A DNA stretch of 64,000 nucleotides, taken from NCBI GenBank assembly GCA_050951325.1, contig JBMNIW010000007.1, positions 32,001-96,000 of the forward strand, written 5' to 3'. Made by a program: the position numbers and the translations under genes. Source of the DNA: Clostridia bacterium (GTDB taxonomy: Bacteria; Bacillota; Clostridia; UBA1212; DUPL01). Below are positions 36,170-46,553 of the stretch, one piece after another. The notes beneath the pieces were generated by a model that worked only from the letters and a program-made list of their open reading frames with translations, was not told the DNA's origin and did no database searches. Position 1 is the first letter of the stretch. The number at the start of each line of letters is the position of its first letter.

Positions 36170-37603
36170 TTATTTTAAGCCAGGATCCGATAATGGACCT
36201 ACTGTATGCTCCGGTGTCATAGTACAATACAATCTTGCAAAAAAGTTATGTTCAAATACTTTTCCATTTACATAGGATCTTGCACTTCCTTTAAACTCAT
36301 TCGGGAAGAAACCTACAGTCATCAAATTAGTAGCATCTGTTATCACTATCATATATTCGCCATCTTCCCACAGAGTAGTTGAAAAGTCTCCGATTGTTAT
36401 CCATTCAACATTTTCTTCTGCAGCAATCTGTTTGTTATATATTGAATTACTCTTTAAAGTAGCATCATATGAGCCTGCCCATCTATAGAGCTTAATGGTC
36501 GCTTGTGCATCAGGCTTTGTCCAGCGAGGACTAAATATTCGTATTGCTTTAAAAGGCACTGTAGAGAAAAACTGTATAGCTACTATGTCATCTTCTTTGG
36601 GAATAAGCTGAATATCTTTAAAGTCGCTACCATCGCTTCCTTGAGTAGAGTATAAGTCTTCATCCCATGTAGCTGTAGTTATTATAGAGTCTTTTGTTTT
36701 ATCAACCTTGCCTGCATATTTAAGTGTTCCCGGTTGTACCGTTGTTAATGGTTTAGCAGTTGGAGCTTTTGTGGGAGTAGAAACTGCTTTAGTAGGCGAA
36801 GCAGTTGGCTTTGCAGTTGCAGTAGGTTCTACCGACTTAGTGTCATTTGGTGAAGGTTCCGGATCTGATAAAGGTCCTACAATGTGTTCTGGAGTCATTG
36901 TGCAATATAGCTTTGCAAAAAAGTTATATTCAAATATTTCACCATTTAAGTATGACCTTGCGCTACCATTGTACTCATTTGGAAAAAAACCTATTGGCAT
37001 TGGTGATACAGCATCTGATAATACAAGTAAGTATTCGCCATCTTCCCACAGAGTGTTTTCAAAATCACCAATCGTTATCCATTCAACATTCTCTTCTTGC
37101 AGTATCTCTTCTATATAGATAGGATCTCTCTCTAATGTAGCTGTATATGAACCTCCCCACCTATATAGCTTCATGGTTATTCCCCCGTTCTGATCTAACC
37201 ATCTTGGAGAAAATACACGTATTGCTCTAAAAGGAACTGTTGCAAAAAATTGTATAGCAATGACATCGTCTTCTTCAGGAAGTACTGTTATATCCTTGTA
37301 ATTGTTGCCACTTTCACCACCCTGTGATGAATATAGCTCATCATCCCATGTAGCTGTTGTTATTATAGTATCCTTCTCTTTATCAACCTCACCTGCATGT
37401 TTTAGTGTTCCGGGCTCTGTAGTTGGCAAAGTGTACGGTTTCTCTTCCGGGGGTGTTGTTGCAACCGGAGTAGGAGTAGCTGTAGCTTCAGCTGTTTTTT
37501 CCGGAGTCGGTGTATTTATGGGTACTGGATCCGGTTCTTTATCGCAAGAAACTACGAATAAAAGTAATAAAAACATTACGCAAATCAAAATGGTTTTTTT
37601 CAT
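36170..37603 (-). CDS. Lipoprotein with two tandem copies of an unnamed domain of about 190 aa and PT linkers
   Basis: Lipobox VVSC; PGTLK...ITTATWD...IAIQFF...LYRW.GSY...WEDGEY...LYCTMTPEH.VGPLSDP occurs twice. Confidence 0.8.
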   Translation of the reverse strand: MKKTILICVMFLLLLFVVSCDKEPDPVPINTPTPEKTAEATATPTPVATTPPEEKPYTLPTTEPGTLKHAGEVDKEKDTIITTATWDDELYSSQGGESGNNYKDITVLPEEDDVIAIQFFATVPFRAIRVFSPRWLDQNGGITMKLYRWGGSYTATLERDPIYIEEILQEENVEWITIGDFENTLWEDGEYLLVLSDAVSPMPIGFFPNEYNGSARSYLNGEIFEYNFFAKLYCTMTPEHIVGPLSDPEPSPNDTKSVEPTATAKPTASPTKAVSTPTKAPTAKPLTTVQPGTLKYAGKVDKTKDSIITTATWDEDLYSTQGSDGSDFKDIQLIPKEDDIVAIQFFSTVPFKAIRIFSPRWTKPDAQATIKLYRWAGSYDATLKSNSIYNKQIAAEENVEWITIGDFSTTLWEDGEYMIVITDATNLMTVGFFPNEFKGSARSYVNGKVFEHNFFARLYCTMTPEHTVGPLSDPGLK

Positions 37604-37647
37604 TGGTCTTTCCTCCTTATAATATATATTTCTAAAATATAATCAGT

Positions 37648-39450
37648 TTATTGAAAATGTTGTTCTATTCGACTACCTTCATTAAAAAGCACTAGGCCCA
37701 TATCAAGGCAATCCTGGAAAAATTCATTACACTTTTTTACGTACTCCTCATGACTTAAATCCGCAAACTCACCACGTCTCTTCTGCATGTTATAGCATCT
37801 TAGCTGAAGTCTTGACCTTTTAACTCTAAGAAGAGTATCTTTATCCTTTACTGCCTTTTCTGCATTATCCCATAGTTCATCAAATTTAACCCATTCTTCT
37901 TCAGGAATGTGCTTAAACATTGCTGTTATTTCGGGTTCTGTATGTGTTTTCTTTGTTATTGATTCATTTATTGAAGTGATATACTGTTTTATGTATTCAG
38001 CACCCTCCCCATAGTATGTCTCTAAGAAATCGTTCATATGATATTCTACATCAGTGTTTGGATCCCATAGTAATTTAGCAAGTAGATAAGTTCGTAATTC
38101 CGCAAATTCTCCACTTTCTCCTCTTTGGTATACACCTTGTTCAAAAACACCTTTCACATTGTTCTCAAGGAATAACTTCATGTTATCCTGCAAAACTCCT
38201 AAGTTAGGATATGTCCCTATATAATTTAGAAAATTAGTTGTGTAATCCCACACATAAATTCTGTCATGTATTTTTGCCCAATTTGCAAGTGCATTTCTAA
38301 AACTACTATTGTTAACACAAGTAGATAACGGATGGGAAAAGCAGCATCCAATAGAGCAGACTCTTATTATTACGTTTTCTCTCGGTTTGGTTATTGAGGG
38401 TGGTGTCAATGTATGATAATACGCAAGTGTATCTATAGCTACATCAGGATATTCTTCTTTAATCGCATCGGCAACAGCATTGACAAATCGTATTAACGTT
38501 CCGGAATGACTTCCTTCCTCTGTATCAATTCGTGTACATTCAGCGCATTTACAATATAGCGGATTGTCGTTTTGTGACACAGAGATGATTTGTGCATTAG
38601 GATTATTTTTCAAACTCTCTTTAACTTTTTCTATCATGATTGAAAGAACGTTAGCATTAGAAAGACAAAGCTGCGCAGGAGCTCCATCATAGTATATAGT
38701 CTTCCCTGATTCGTCATGTGAGTAATATTCAGGGTGTTCTGCTAGATAAGTAGCTGGAGGGACAAATAAATTAAATGTATGCACGAAGCCTTCATATGAG
38801 ATATTTCCTCCTAGAGATTTTTTGTACTCCCTGTCGACACCGCTGTTTATTTTTACTTTTGCACTCCAGTTTGAATCGAAACCAAGATACCAATAAGCAT
38901 CTCGATATTCAAACGCTGGTATCTGTAAAGTTTCCAGCTGTTCCGTTTCTAATACTATCGATTTATATGTAGGTACCTTCTCTATTCGAGGAGTAAAAAA
39001 CCTACAGCCAAGCTGCTCAAGAAAAGTATATACTCCGTATAAAGTCCCTCTTTTTTCACCACCTGCAATAATAATCTTATTATTAAATGTTAATATACGG
39101 AAGCCTTCATCTCCTAGTGCTTCTCTCTCTATTGTATATGTTTCACTATCTTCGCGATTTGTTTTTCCTATAATAATTTCATATTCACTTATTTTTGTTT
39201 TCGCATCTACTTTTATAGGTAATTTACATTTACTCATTTGTTTTATATATTTTTGTAGTTCTTTTGCTGCTGTCTTTTCCGATTCGGAAGCATTGCTGCC
39301 GATTATTATTTTATAGTTGCTTTTTCTATTCCATACTAGATTCAATTGACCTTGCTTTGATTCTGGTATATTTGCGCTACATCCATATAGAACTATTAAG
39401 CATATAGAAAGAAGTCCGACTTTTAGTATATTTTTGAGTATTTTTTTCAT
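37648..39450 (-). CDS. DUF4838-domain lipoprotein (putative glycoside hydrolase)
   Basis: Lipobox LYGC; RGTLYGVYTFLE, PAFEYR, HPEYY, QLCLSN, SVSQND, CxCxxC, LLWDP. Confidence 0.78.
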   Translation of the reverse strand: MKKILKNILKVGLLSICLIVLYGCSANIPESKQGQLNLVWNRKSNYKIIIGSNASESEKTAAKELQKYIKQMSKCKLPIKVDAKTKISEYEIIIGKTNREDSETYTIEREALGDEGFRILTFNNKIIIAGGEKRGTLYGVYTFLEQLGCRFFTPRIEKVPTYKSIVLETEQLETLQIPAFEYRDAYWYLGFDSNWSAKVKINSGVDREYKKSLGGNISYEGFVHTFNLFVPPATYLAEHPEYYSHDESGKTIYYDGAPAQLCLSNANVLSIMIEKVKESLKNNPNAQIISVSQNDNPLYCKCAECTRIDTEEGSHSGTLIRFVNAVADAIKEEYPDVAIDTLAYYHTLTPPSITKPRENVIIRVCSIGCCFSHPLSTCVNNSSFRNALANWAKIHDRIYVWDYTTNFLNYIGTYPNLGVLQDNMKLFLENNVKGVFEQGVYQRGESGEFAELRTYLLAKLLWDPNTDVEYHMNDFLETYYGEGAEYIKQYITSINESITKKTHTEPEITAMFKHIPEEEWVKFDELWDNAEKAVKDKDTLLRVKRSRLQLRCYNMQKRRGEFADLSHEEYVKKCNEFFQDCLDMGLVLFNEGSRIEQHFQ

Positions 39451-39485
39451 AACAACCTCCATTATCAAATGTAAAATACTGATAA

Positions 39486-39828
39486 TATTATACACTTATA
39501 TCGCACTAAATACTTGTATTAAATTCACATGCGATAGTACCTAATTCAGTTTCCTATATTCGATTGGAGTATAACCTAATTCCTTTTTAAATGTCTTTGA
39601 TAAATGTGCTGCATCTGAAAAGCCAGTCTTATATGCAATTTCGTGAATGGATAAGTCTGTCTTCAAAATTAAATCCTTTGCTTTTTCTAATCGTATAAGC
39701 TGTACGAACTTTATGGGTGTTATCTTATATTGTTTTTTAAAAAATGATACAAAATAGTTTGGATTAAAGTGCACGGTGTCAGCGAGCATCTGTAGGGTAA
39801 TATTTTCATTTATGTTTTGGTACACAAA
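39486..39828. repeat. 343-bp direct repeat, left copy (contains the 3' end of the AraC gene; ORF 39541-39852 is this fragment)
   Basis: Identical by eye to 41761-42103, constant offset 2275. Confidence 0.92.
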
Positions 39829-41760
39829 CCCTTGTTTCGTAGTTCGCACCATGAATAATTAGGACAAAAAAGATAATAATCATCAACAAACGCCCAAATA
39901 TAGGGCTTTTTTTATGCGTAAAAACTTGACACAAATATTTTTTTATGAGATAATAATGGTGCTACATGGTGCAAGTTTGGAGGGAATGTTGTGGCATATT
40001 TTTTGAAAAAGTCAAAGCAGAAAAATCGAACATACATTGCAATTTATGAAAGTTTTTACGATCCTGCAAAAAAGGGCACTGCTCATCGTTGTCATAAATC
40101 ATTAGGATCTATAGAAACACTTAAAGAAAAAGGCATAGAAGATCCTATTGCCCATTATCAAAAGGTAGTTGATGAATTAAATAAAAATAGAAAAGAAGAA
40201 AGCGTAAAAAAAATCTCAACTAAATCTCCACTTATTCACCTAGGTTATTTTCCTTTGAAAAGTATTATGGAGAAATTAAACATTAAGCACTTTATCGACT
40301 ATTTTAAGTTAATTACTAGGTTTGAATTCGATCTTTATGATTTACTATCATCTCTTATTTACGCAAGAAGCGTTAATCCCTGCAGTAAATATAGGACATT
40401 CCATGAAGTGCTACCTAATCTTTATCAAACCTATAATTTTTCATACGATCAGCTACTAGATGGCTTAGCTTTTCTAGGCAACAATTATGAAAAGATTGTT
40501 GAAATATTTACTACACAGGTTGATAAAATATATAAATTAGATACTACTAAAACCTATTTCGATTGTACAAATTTTTATTTTGAAATTGATAGAGAAGATG
40601 ATTTTAAAAAAAATGGTGTAAGTAAAGAAAATCAAAGGAAACCTCTAGTAGGCCTTGGTTTATTACTAGATCGCAATCAAATACCAGTAGGAATGAAGAT
40701 ATATCCTGGTAACGAATCTGAAAAACCTATAATAAGAGATGTAATAAGCAATCTTAAAAAGCAAAATAACATAACAGGAAGAACCATTCATGTAGCAGAT
40801 AAAGGACTTAACTGTGCCAACAACATAGCGTATGCAAAAAAGAATGGTGATGGTTACATATTTTCAAAAGCAGTAAAAAAGCTTCCGGATAAAGAGAAGA
40901 AATGGGTGCTTCTTGATAGAGATTTTAAAGATGTTAAAGATAAAAACGGCAATATTTTATTTCGTTATAAAACATGTATTGATAAGTTTCCGTATGATGT
41001 AACATATGAAGGAAAAGTCTATACTATAGAATTTACAGAAAAGAGACTCTTAACATACAATCCATCTTTAGCATATAAAAAAAGATGTGAAATAAACAAA
41101 ATGGTTGAAAAAGCAAAGTTTCTTACACATTCTCAAGCAAAGAAGGCAGAATACGGAGAGTCTGCTAAATATGTTAAGTTCGTAGATGAAAAAGGAAATA
41201 AAGCCGCGGCTGTAATAAACAATGATGCAATAAACGAAGATCTGGAACTTGCAGGATACAACCTTCTTGTTACATCTGAAATAAAGATGAATGATCTAGA
41301 TATCTACGAAACATATCATAACCTTTGGCGTATAGAAGAATCGTTCAAGATAATGAAGTCGGACCTAGATGCTAGGCCTGTTTTTCTTCAAAAAGTTGAT
41401 TCAATCAAAGGACACTTTCTTATTTGCTATTGCGCTGTTCTTTTAGAGCGATTGTTACAATTTAAGGTGTTGGAGAATAAATTTTCAACTTCTGAAATAT
41501 ATAAGTTTATAAAAAAATTTAATCTTACCGATGTGGATAATAGGTTTATCAACTTAACTACTTCATCAGAGTTAATAGATGAACTTACAATCAAATTCGA
41601 TCTCCCTCTCACGAACTACTTCTTATCGAAATCGCAAGTAAATTCAATTTTAAACTACAAATTATAGTTATTATACTCAAACAAAGGATGCTTTTTCTTG
41701 AGCATCCTTCTATTACCATTTAGTTTGCACCATTTTCCAATGCTTATTACCAAAGTCAGG
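39829..41760 (+). mobile_element. IS1634-family insertion sequence, about 1932 bp
   Basis: Bounded by the direct repeats; weak terminal inverted repeats CCCTTGTTTCGTAGT vs CCTGACTTTGGTAAT; own promoter TTGACA at 39926; hairpin 41684-41709. Confidence 0.85.
39991..41667 (+). CDS. IS1634-family DDE transposase
   Basis: YFDCTNFYFE, GVSKE, PGNESE, VADKGL, YHNLWRIEESFKIMKS, ARPVFL, GHFLIC. Confidence 0.9.
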   Translation: MAYFLKKSKQKNRTYIAIYESFYDPAKKGTAHRCHKSLGSIETLKEKGIEDPIAHYQKVVDELNKNRKEESVKKISTKSPLIHLGYFPLKSIMEKLNIKHFIDYFKLITRFEFDLYDLLSSLIYARSVNPCSKYRTFHEVLPNLYQTYNFSYDQLLDGLAFLGNNYEKIVEIFTTQVDKIYKLDTTKTYFDCTNFYFEIDREDDFKKNGVSKENQRKPLVGLGLLLDRNQIPVGMKIYPGNESEKPIIRDVISNLKKQNNITGRTIHVADKGLNCANNIAYAKKNGDGYIFSKAVKKLPDKEKKWVLLDRDFKDVKDKNGNILFRYKTCIDKFPYDVTYEGKVYTIEFTEKRLLTYNPSLAYKKRCEINKMVEKAKFLTHSQAKKAEYGESAKYVKFVDEKGNKAAAVINNDAINEDLELAGYNLLVTSEIKMNDLDIYETYHNLWRIEESFKIMKSDLDARPVFLQKVDSIKGHFLICYCAVLLERLLQFKVLENKFSTSEIYKFIKKFNLTDVDNRFINLTTSSELIDELTIKFDLPLTNYFLSKSQVNSILNYKL

Positions 41761-42103
41761 TATTATACACTTATATCGCACTAAATACTTGTATTAAATT
41801 CACATGCGATAGTACCTAATTCAGTTTCCTATATTCGATTGGAGTATAACCTAATTCCTTTTTAAATGTCTTTGATAAATGTGCTGCATCTGAAAAGCCA
41901 GTCTTATATGCAATTTCGTGAATGGATAAGTCTGTCTTCAAAATTAAATCCTTTGCTTTTTCTAATCGTATAAGCTGTACGAACTTTATGGGTGTTATCT
42001 TATATTGTTTTTTAAAAAATGATACAAAATAGTTTGGATTAAAGTGCACGGTGTCAGCGAGCATCTGTAGGGTAATATTTTCATTTATGTTTTGGTACAC
42101 AAA
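41761..42103. repeat. 343-bp direct repeat, right copy
   Basis: Identical by eye to 39486-39828. Confidence 0.92.
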
Positions 42104-42625
42104 CTCTTTTACAACCTGTATGCAGTCTAGAACAGCTTTCTGTTCATCAGAGTATTTAACTAATTCTTGTCCAGCTGTTTCAAAGTATGATAATAGAATT
42201 TGTGATAATGCGGTTTTCGCTTTTAGAATTGAGATAATATCTTCATTCTGATAGTTGGTTACTATCGTTTGAAAGAGATTATTTAATTGTGTCATATTTT
42301 CATAATGAGCTATGTACGGGATTTTTATTAGATTAAACAATGGAGTATTTACAGCCATTGCACTGAAATGGCACCAATACTTTACATATGTATCACCAGG
42401 TGTGGTGCGATATGATTGAACCCTATTTGCTGGTAGTAGCATCAAATCGCCTGCTTTCGGATAGAAGGATTCCCCATCTACACATATTTCTCCTTCTCCG
42501 GATTGTATAAAGTAGAGCTTGTTATATTCCGGCAAAATGTCCATTGCACTCCAAGTGTCCCATACTTTTGTATGTGCCGCGTGTAGTACCATTAGATTAC
42601 AGTCAAGAAAATAATTATTTGTCAT
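41816..42625 (-). CDS. AraC-family regulator (intact copy)
   Basis: KLYFIQSGEG, YWCHF, C-terminal HTH GFSDAAHLSKTFKK...TPIEYR. Confidence 0.9.
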   Translation of the reverse strand: MTNNYFLDCNLMVLHAAHTKVWDTWSAMDILPEYNKLYFIQSGEGEICVDGESFYPKAGDLMLLPANRVQSYRTTPGDTYVKYWCHFSAMAVNTPLFNLIKIPYIAHYENMTQLNNLFQTIVTNYQNEDIISILKAKTALSQILLSYFETAGQELVKYSDEQKAVLDCIQVVKEFVYQNINENITLQMLADTVHFNPNYFVSFFKKQYKITPIKFVQLIRLEKAKDLILKTDLSIHEIAYKTGFSDAAHLSKTFKKELGYTPIEYRKLN

Positions 42626-42751
42626 ATTTTTTACACTACCTTATCTTTATTGCATAGTCTGATTATATTTAAGTTTATTATAAAGTCAAGATTCCATAAA
42701 TAATTAAACATGATATAATGTGACAAATCAAATTAAAAAGGAGCAAAAATT

Positions 42752-43876
42752 ATGAAATTTGAAATCCACAAACAACACGAGGATGCATATTACTCTGTAG
42801 AAAACATGAAAGTTAAAACAGAAGATGACATTTTTATGTCACAAGCAACAATAAGCACATTGAAAAGTATGTATTGCGGAAATCTACTAAAAACCATGAT
42901 TATTGGAGGAGTAGAAACAGAGCCGGAGTATAGGAGGAATGGATGTGTTAGAGAAATTTTTAACAATATACTCCCACAGGCTCCTGAAAGAGGTTGGGTC
43001 GTAAGCTTTTTACATCCCTTTTCCTTCTCTTATTATAGGAAGTTTGGGTATGAGAAAGTTGCAGATCAATTAATTATTGAGTTTCCGATAAACAAGTTAA
43101 GTCACATACCAAGATGTAATGATTTTAAGCTGCTTAGAGGAGAGGATGGTCTTAGCGACGCAATTGAGGTTTATAATAAGTTTACTGAAAAAAGAAATAT
43201 TATGTTTTACAGATATAACGACAGACACTTTTTTACAAACCCAAGCAAAACCCAAGGTTCAACATATATTTGGTACGATGAAAAAGGAACTCCTTCATCT
43301 TACATATCACTTGCTGTTGAAAATTACTACAGCATAAACCGAATGGTCTCTGTTAATCTTAATGTATATGAAATGGCATTTACTACACCGGAATCTTTAA
43401 TTGCACTGTTTGGTTTTATTCGTTTGTATGAAGGGGAGAACGATACGGTTAAAATACACAACGCTGCTATGTCACCTGAAATAGATTTAATTCTACGAAA
43501 TTATACTCATACAACCTACAGGAAATATCCTGATTTAATGGCTCGTGTGTTAAATGTAAAGAAAATACTTGAAGCAAACAGCTACCCTAAGGAAAAAGGT
43601 CATTTCAGAGTAAAAGTTAATGATACACTTGATTTTACTCAGGGTGTGTGGGAAGTAGAATTTGAAAATGGTACTGCCGTCGCGAGTCGAATAAACGATA
43701 CTACTCAGTATGATTTATCAGCTGATATGCCTGCTTTTTCTCAGCTAGTTTATGGCTATGATGCATACACAATTGATACTGCAGCATACATGGAAGGTGT
43801 TAAAATACTTAACCCAAATACTGATTTCTTTAGGGCATTTAGCAAAAAGAATAATGGCCTTTTTGAGCATTTTTAA
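42752..43876 (+). CDS. Eis-like GNAT acetyltransferase with SCP2-like C-terminus
   Basis: IGGVETEPEYRRNG, LHPFSFSYYRKFGYE, MARVLNV, FSQLVYG. Confidence 0.85.
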   Translation: MKFEIHKQHEDAYYSVENMKVKTEDDIFMSQATISTLKSMYCGNLLKTMIIGGVETEPEYRRNGCVREIFNNILPQAPERGWVVSFLHPFSFSYYRKFGYEKVADQLIIEFPINKLSHIPRCNDFKLLRGEDGLSDAIEVYNKFTEKRNIMFYRYNDRHFFTNPSKTQGSTYIWYDEKGTPSSYISLAVENYYSINRMVSVNLNVYEMAFTTPESLIALFGFIRLYEGENDTVKIHNAAMSPEIDLILRNYTHTTYRKYPDLMARVLNVKKILEANSYPKEKGHFRVKVNDTLDFTQGVWEVEFENGTAVASRINDTTQYDLSADMPAFSQLVYGYDAYTIDTAAYMEGVKILNPNTDFFRAFSKKNNGLFEHF

Positions 43877-45090
43877 TAAAAACCCAAAGATAGAGGTGCA
43901 GACAGGCTTTTTAATACTTCATTGCTTATACTCTCCCTATATTCTATAGGCCACTTATTAATATCTCCCAATGCAGAACTTAGTCTCTTTGATATTGCTC
44001 TAATCTTTTTAGAGTCACCACCTATTGCTCTATTCATTTGAGATAGTCCCACTAGAGCTAATGCAATACTTTCTGCATCTCCCACAAAGGGGGAAAGATA
44101 TACTAGTAAGTTTATGATCATGAGATATCCCGAGGAAGTTATATCGCCTGCTGCATCAAACATATATTCAAAAAGCCAATAGCCTGTTGTTAGTAAAGTT
44201 GATAAAAGCACAAACACACCATATCCTACTCGGTCAGGTTGTCTGTCAATTCTTCGACTTAAATCACCAATGTACTTTTCTAGAGCACCTTGCTCTCCTC
44301 GAGTAACACTATCAACATTGTAAATAATGCTATCTAATTTATGTATTGTTATGAAGTTCTTGCCTTCTCTATTTGCTTTTATAAATGTAGTTATTCCTAC
44401 ATAAGTAAGCAACGAACCTATAAAGCTCCAGCCATAGTTATACATTTTGCTCTCCATGAGCTTTATTCCCATCTTGTGCTCAGGGACGTCTAGATACTCC
44501 TCGCTAAACCCAGGCCCGTCAAAGTTAACACTTTTTGTAATCATATCGCTAAGTCCATAAGTATGAGAAACTATAGTAAAGTGTTGTGCAAGATTTCCTC
44601 CTAACGAATGGCCAGCTACTCCCATTTCCCTATAACGATAGATATAGTCGGAATATGCTATGCGCTCTGCAAAGTATGCACATTCTCTCATTTGACTTGT
44701 TAATTCACTTGTTATAAGCATTAAATCCGCAAACACCCAATCAGCTACACGATGTTTAAATACGTTAGGAGATTCGCTTCCCCTCGATGCTACTATTACT
44801 CTCTCCTTATCAAGTTCTATTATACAGCCATAATAGCCACTGTCTGCAATACCATCATTGTCATCATGATAGTCAACTAGCTTCCACTCTCTAATTATCA
44901 TAAGTTCATTTTCATTAAGCTCTGTAAGAGATGTTGCATCATATATATCGTTGTACTGCAGTGCATCTAATATCATTCCTATAGGTATTGGAGGTTTGTA
45001 ACCGCTTGTATATAGCAAGTCAAATCCAATATGTAAATCCGAGTTCGCAACCCTACAGGCATACATTAACTCCTTATCAGTAAAAGACAT
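43873..45090 (-). CDS. Mbeg1/DUF2974-like alpha/beta hydrolase (lipase)
   Basis: VASRGSE, GHSLGGNLA, FDGPGF. Confidence 0.75.
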   Translation of the reverse strand: MSFTDKELMYACRVANSDLHIGFDLLYTSGYKPPIPIGMILDALQYNDIYDATSLTELNENELMIIREWKLVDYHDDNDGIADSGYYGCIIELDKERVIVASRGSESPNVFKHRVADWVFADLMLITSELTSQMRECAYFAERIAYSDYIYRYREMGVAGHSLGGNLAQHFTIVSHTYGLSDMITKSVNFDGPGFSEEYLDVPEHKMGIKLMESKMYNYGWSFIGSLLTYVGITTFIKANREGKNFITIHKLDSIIYNVDSVTRGEQGALEKYIGDLSRRIDRQPDRVGYGVFVLLSTLLTTGYWLFEYMFDAAGDITSSGYLMIINLLVYLSPFVGDAESIALALVGLSQMNRAIGGDSKKIRAISKRLSSALGDINKWPIEYRESISNEVLKSLSAPLSLGFY

Positions 45091-45785
45091 AATTATCCCT
45101 CCTGATTCTATTTTCATATATGTTGTTCAGTCTCTTAGTAAATGATCTATTCTCTTTTGTATCAAATGAAATTCTTAGCATACCGTTCTTCTCGTTTTAT
45201 CTCTTCTTATTTGTATCATTATATGTACATGCGTTAATCTTTTATAGATTTTTCTGACATGATATATTTATTCGCCATATGCTAATCTAATTCTTTATTT
45301 TTACTTAATGCTTAAAAAGTATAATGTCGATGCAAAATAAATTATTAATATGAGATAGTAATATGATGAAAAGCTTGCAAGTGTCTGTGGCTGGCCATAC
45401 TATTTAGCACCTGAGACTTCTTTTTAATGATAGTGTCTACCATAAAATCGTTTTAAGCGGAGAAGTAAAAGAAGAGTAAATTGAAATGTTAAAGCAGGTG
45501 CATAGAAATGAGAAAAATAGAATTACAGATATTGTGCAAAGCATCATGGTATTAAACTAAAGATTGCTATCATTTAACTGATCATTTGATAACAAAGCGC
45601 TTATGGCAAGCCTTGAAATCGAAGGGTGGAATTTGAACCTTAAAAAATAAAAAAGCAGATAAAAGGATGATTAAAAACGAGAAAAGGATTAAACTTTATT
45701 TAATAAAATTATAAATTTACCGTTTGTAACATATGGTTATTTAAGGTATAATGTTCTCAGGAATAACTTTTAAGGAGGGAATGTT

Positions 45786-46553
45786 ATGGATAATTTATGG
45801 CCAGATATGTTTCAGAATGTTGAAATAATCGTAGTACATAAGGGTAAGTACAAATACAGGTATGAAGAACTTAAAGGAGAACTGTGCTGTTGGGCAGTAT
45901 GCATTGTTCCTGCTGGCATTCGGTACAATTTTAATATCAGTGGTGAAGGTACCGTTACGTTTTTCTCTCTTGAACCTAATTATATAATGAGAAGCATTAA
46001 TAAAATCAAATGCGATGATATAGTAAGCTTATTTATCAACAAAATACCCTCAGCTTTTATTCTTTTTAATAACCCGTCAGTGCAAAATAAATTGCAAAAT
46101 CTCCTAGAAGGTTTTATTAATACAGTTCAAGATGAACAACCAGAACTTGTGATTAACAAATTTATAGAGTTTCTAAATATGACTTGTGGATACTATAAAG
46201 ATACCAATGAATATATGTTTATTTGTAATAACACAGCTCATTTGTTAAGTGGAGTGTATGAGATTGTTAACAGAGATGTAAATATTACATTAAATGAAGC
46301 TGCCGAAGAACTGAATTATAGCCGAGAGCATGTTTCAAGGACAATACATAAATATACTGGTAAAACGTTTACAGATATTCAAGTTGAAGTTAGGTTAAAA
46401 AAAGCTATGGAACTTCTCAAGTATACAGATAAGAGTATAGATGAAGTTGCATTATTATCTGGCTTCACTAGTAAGCAATACATAAATCGAATTTTTTCAA
46501 GATATACTGGTGTGACTCCTATTCAATATCGAAAGATAAAGAAACAGATTTAG
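45786..46553 (+). CDS. AraC-family regulator
   Basis: AGGAGG RBS; C-terminal HTH LNYSREHVSR...GFTSKQYINRIF...TPIQYR. Confidence 0.85.
   Translation: MDNLWPDMFQNVEIIVVHKGKYKYRYEELKGELCCWAVCIVPAGIRYNFNISGEGTVTFFSLEPNYIMRSINKIKCDDIVSLFINKIPSAFILFNNPSVQNKLQNLLEGFINTVQDEQPELVINKFIEFLNMTCGYYKDTNEYMFICNNTAHLLSGVYEIVNRDVNITLNEAAEELNYSREHVSRTIHKYTGKTFTDIQVEVRLKKAMELLKYTDKSIDEVALLSGFTSKQYINRIFSRYTGVTPIQYRKIKKQI

Noticed and set aside
39541-39852. 103-aa AraC-like ORF
   Set aside because: It is the duplicated 3' end of the 41816-42625 gene with a start codon borrowed from the IS end, not an independent gene
45120-45780. 660-bp AT-rich gap as an ncRNA or decayed gene
   Set aside because: No convincing hairpin, known RNA motif or recognisable protein remnant by eye
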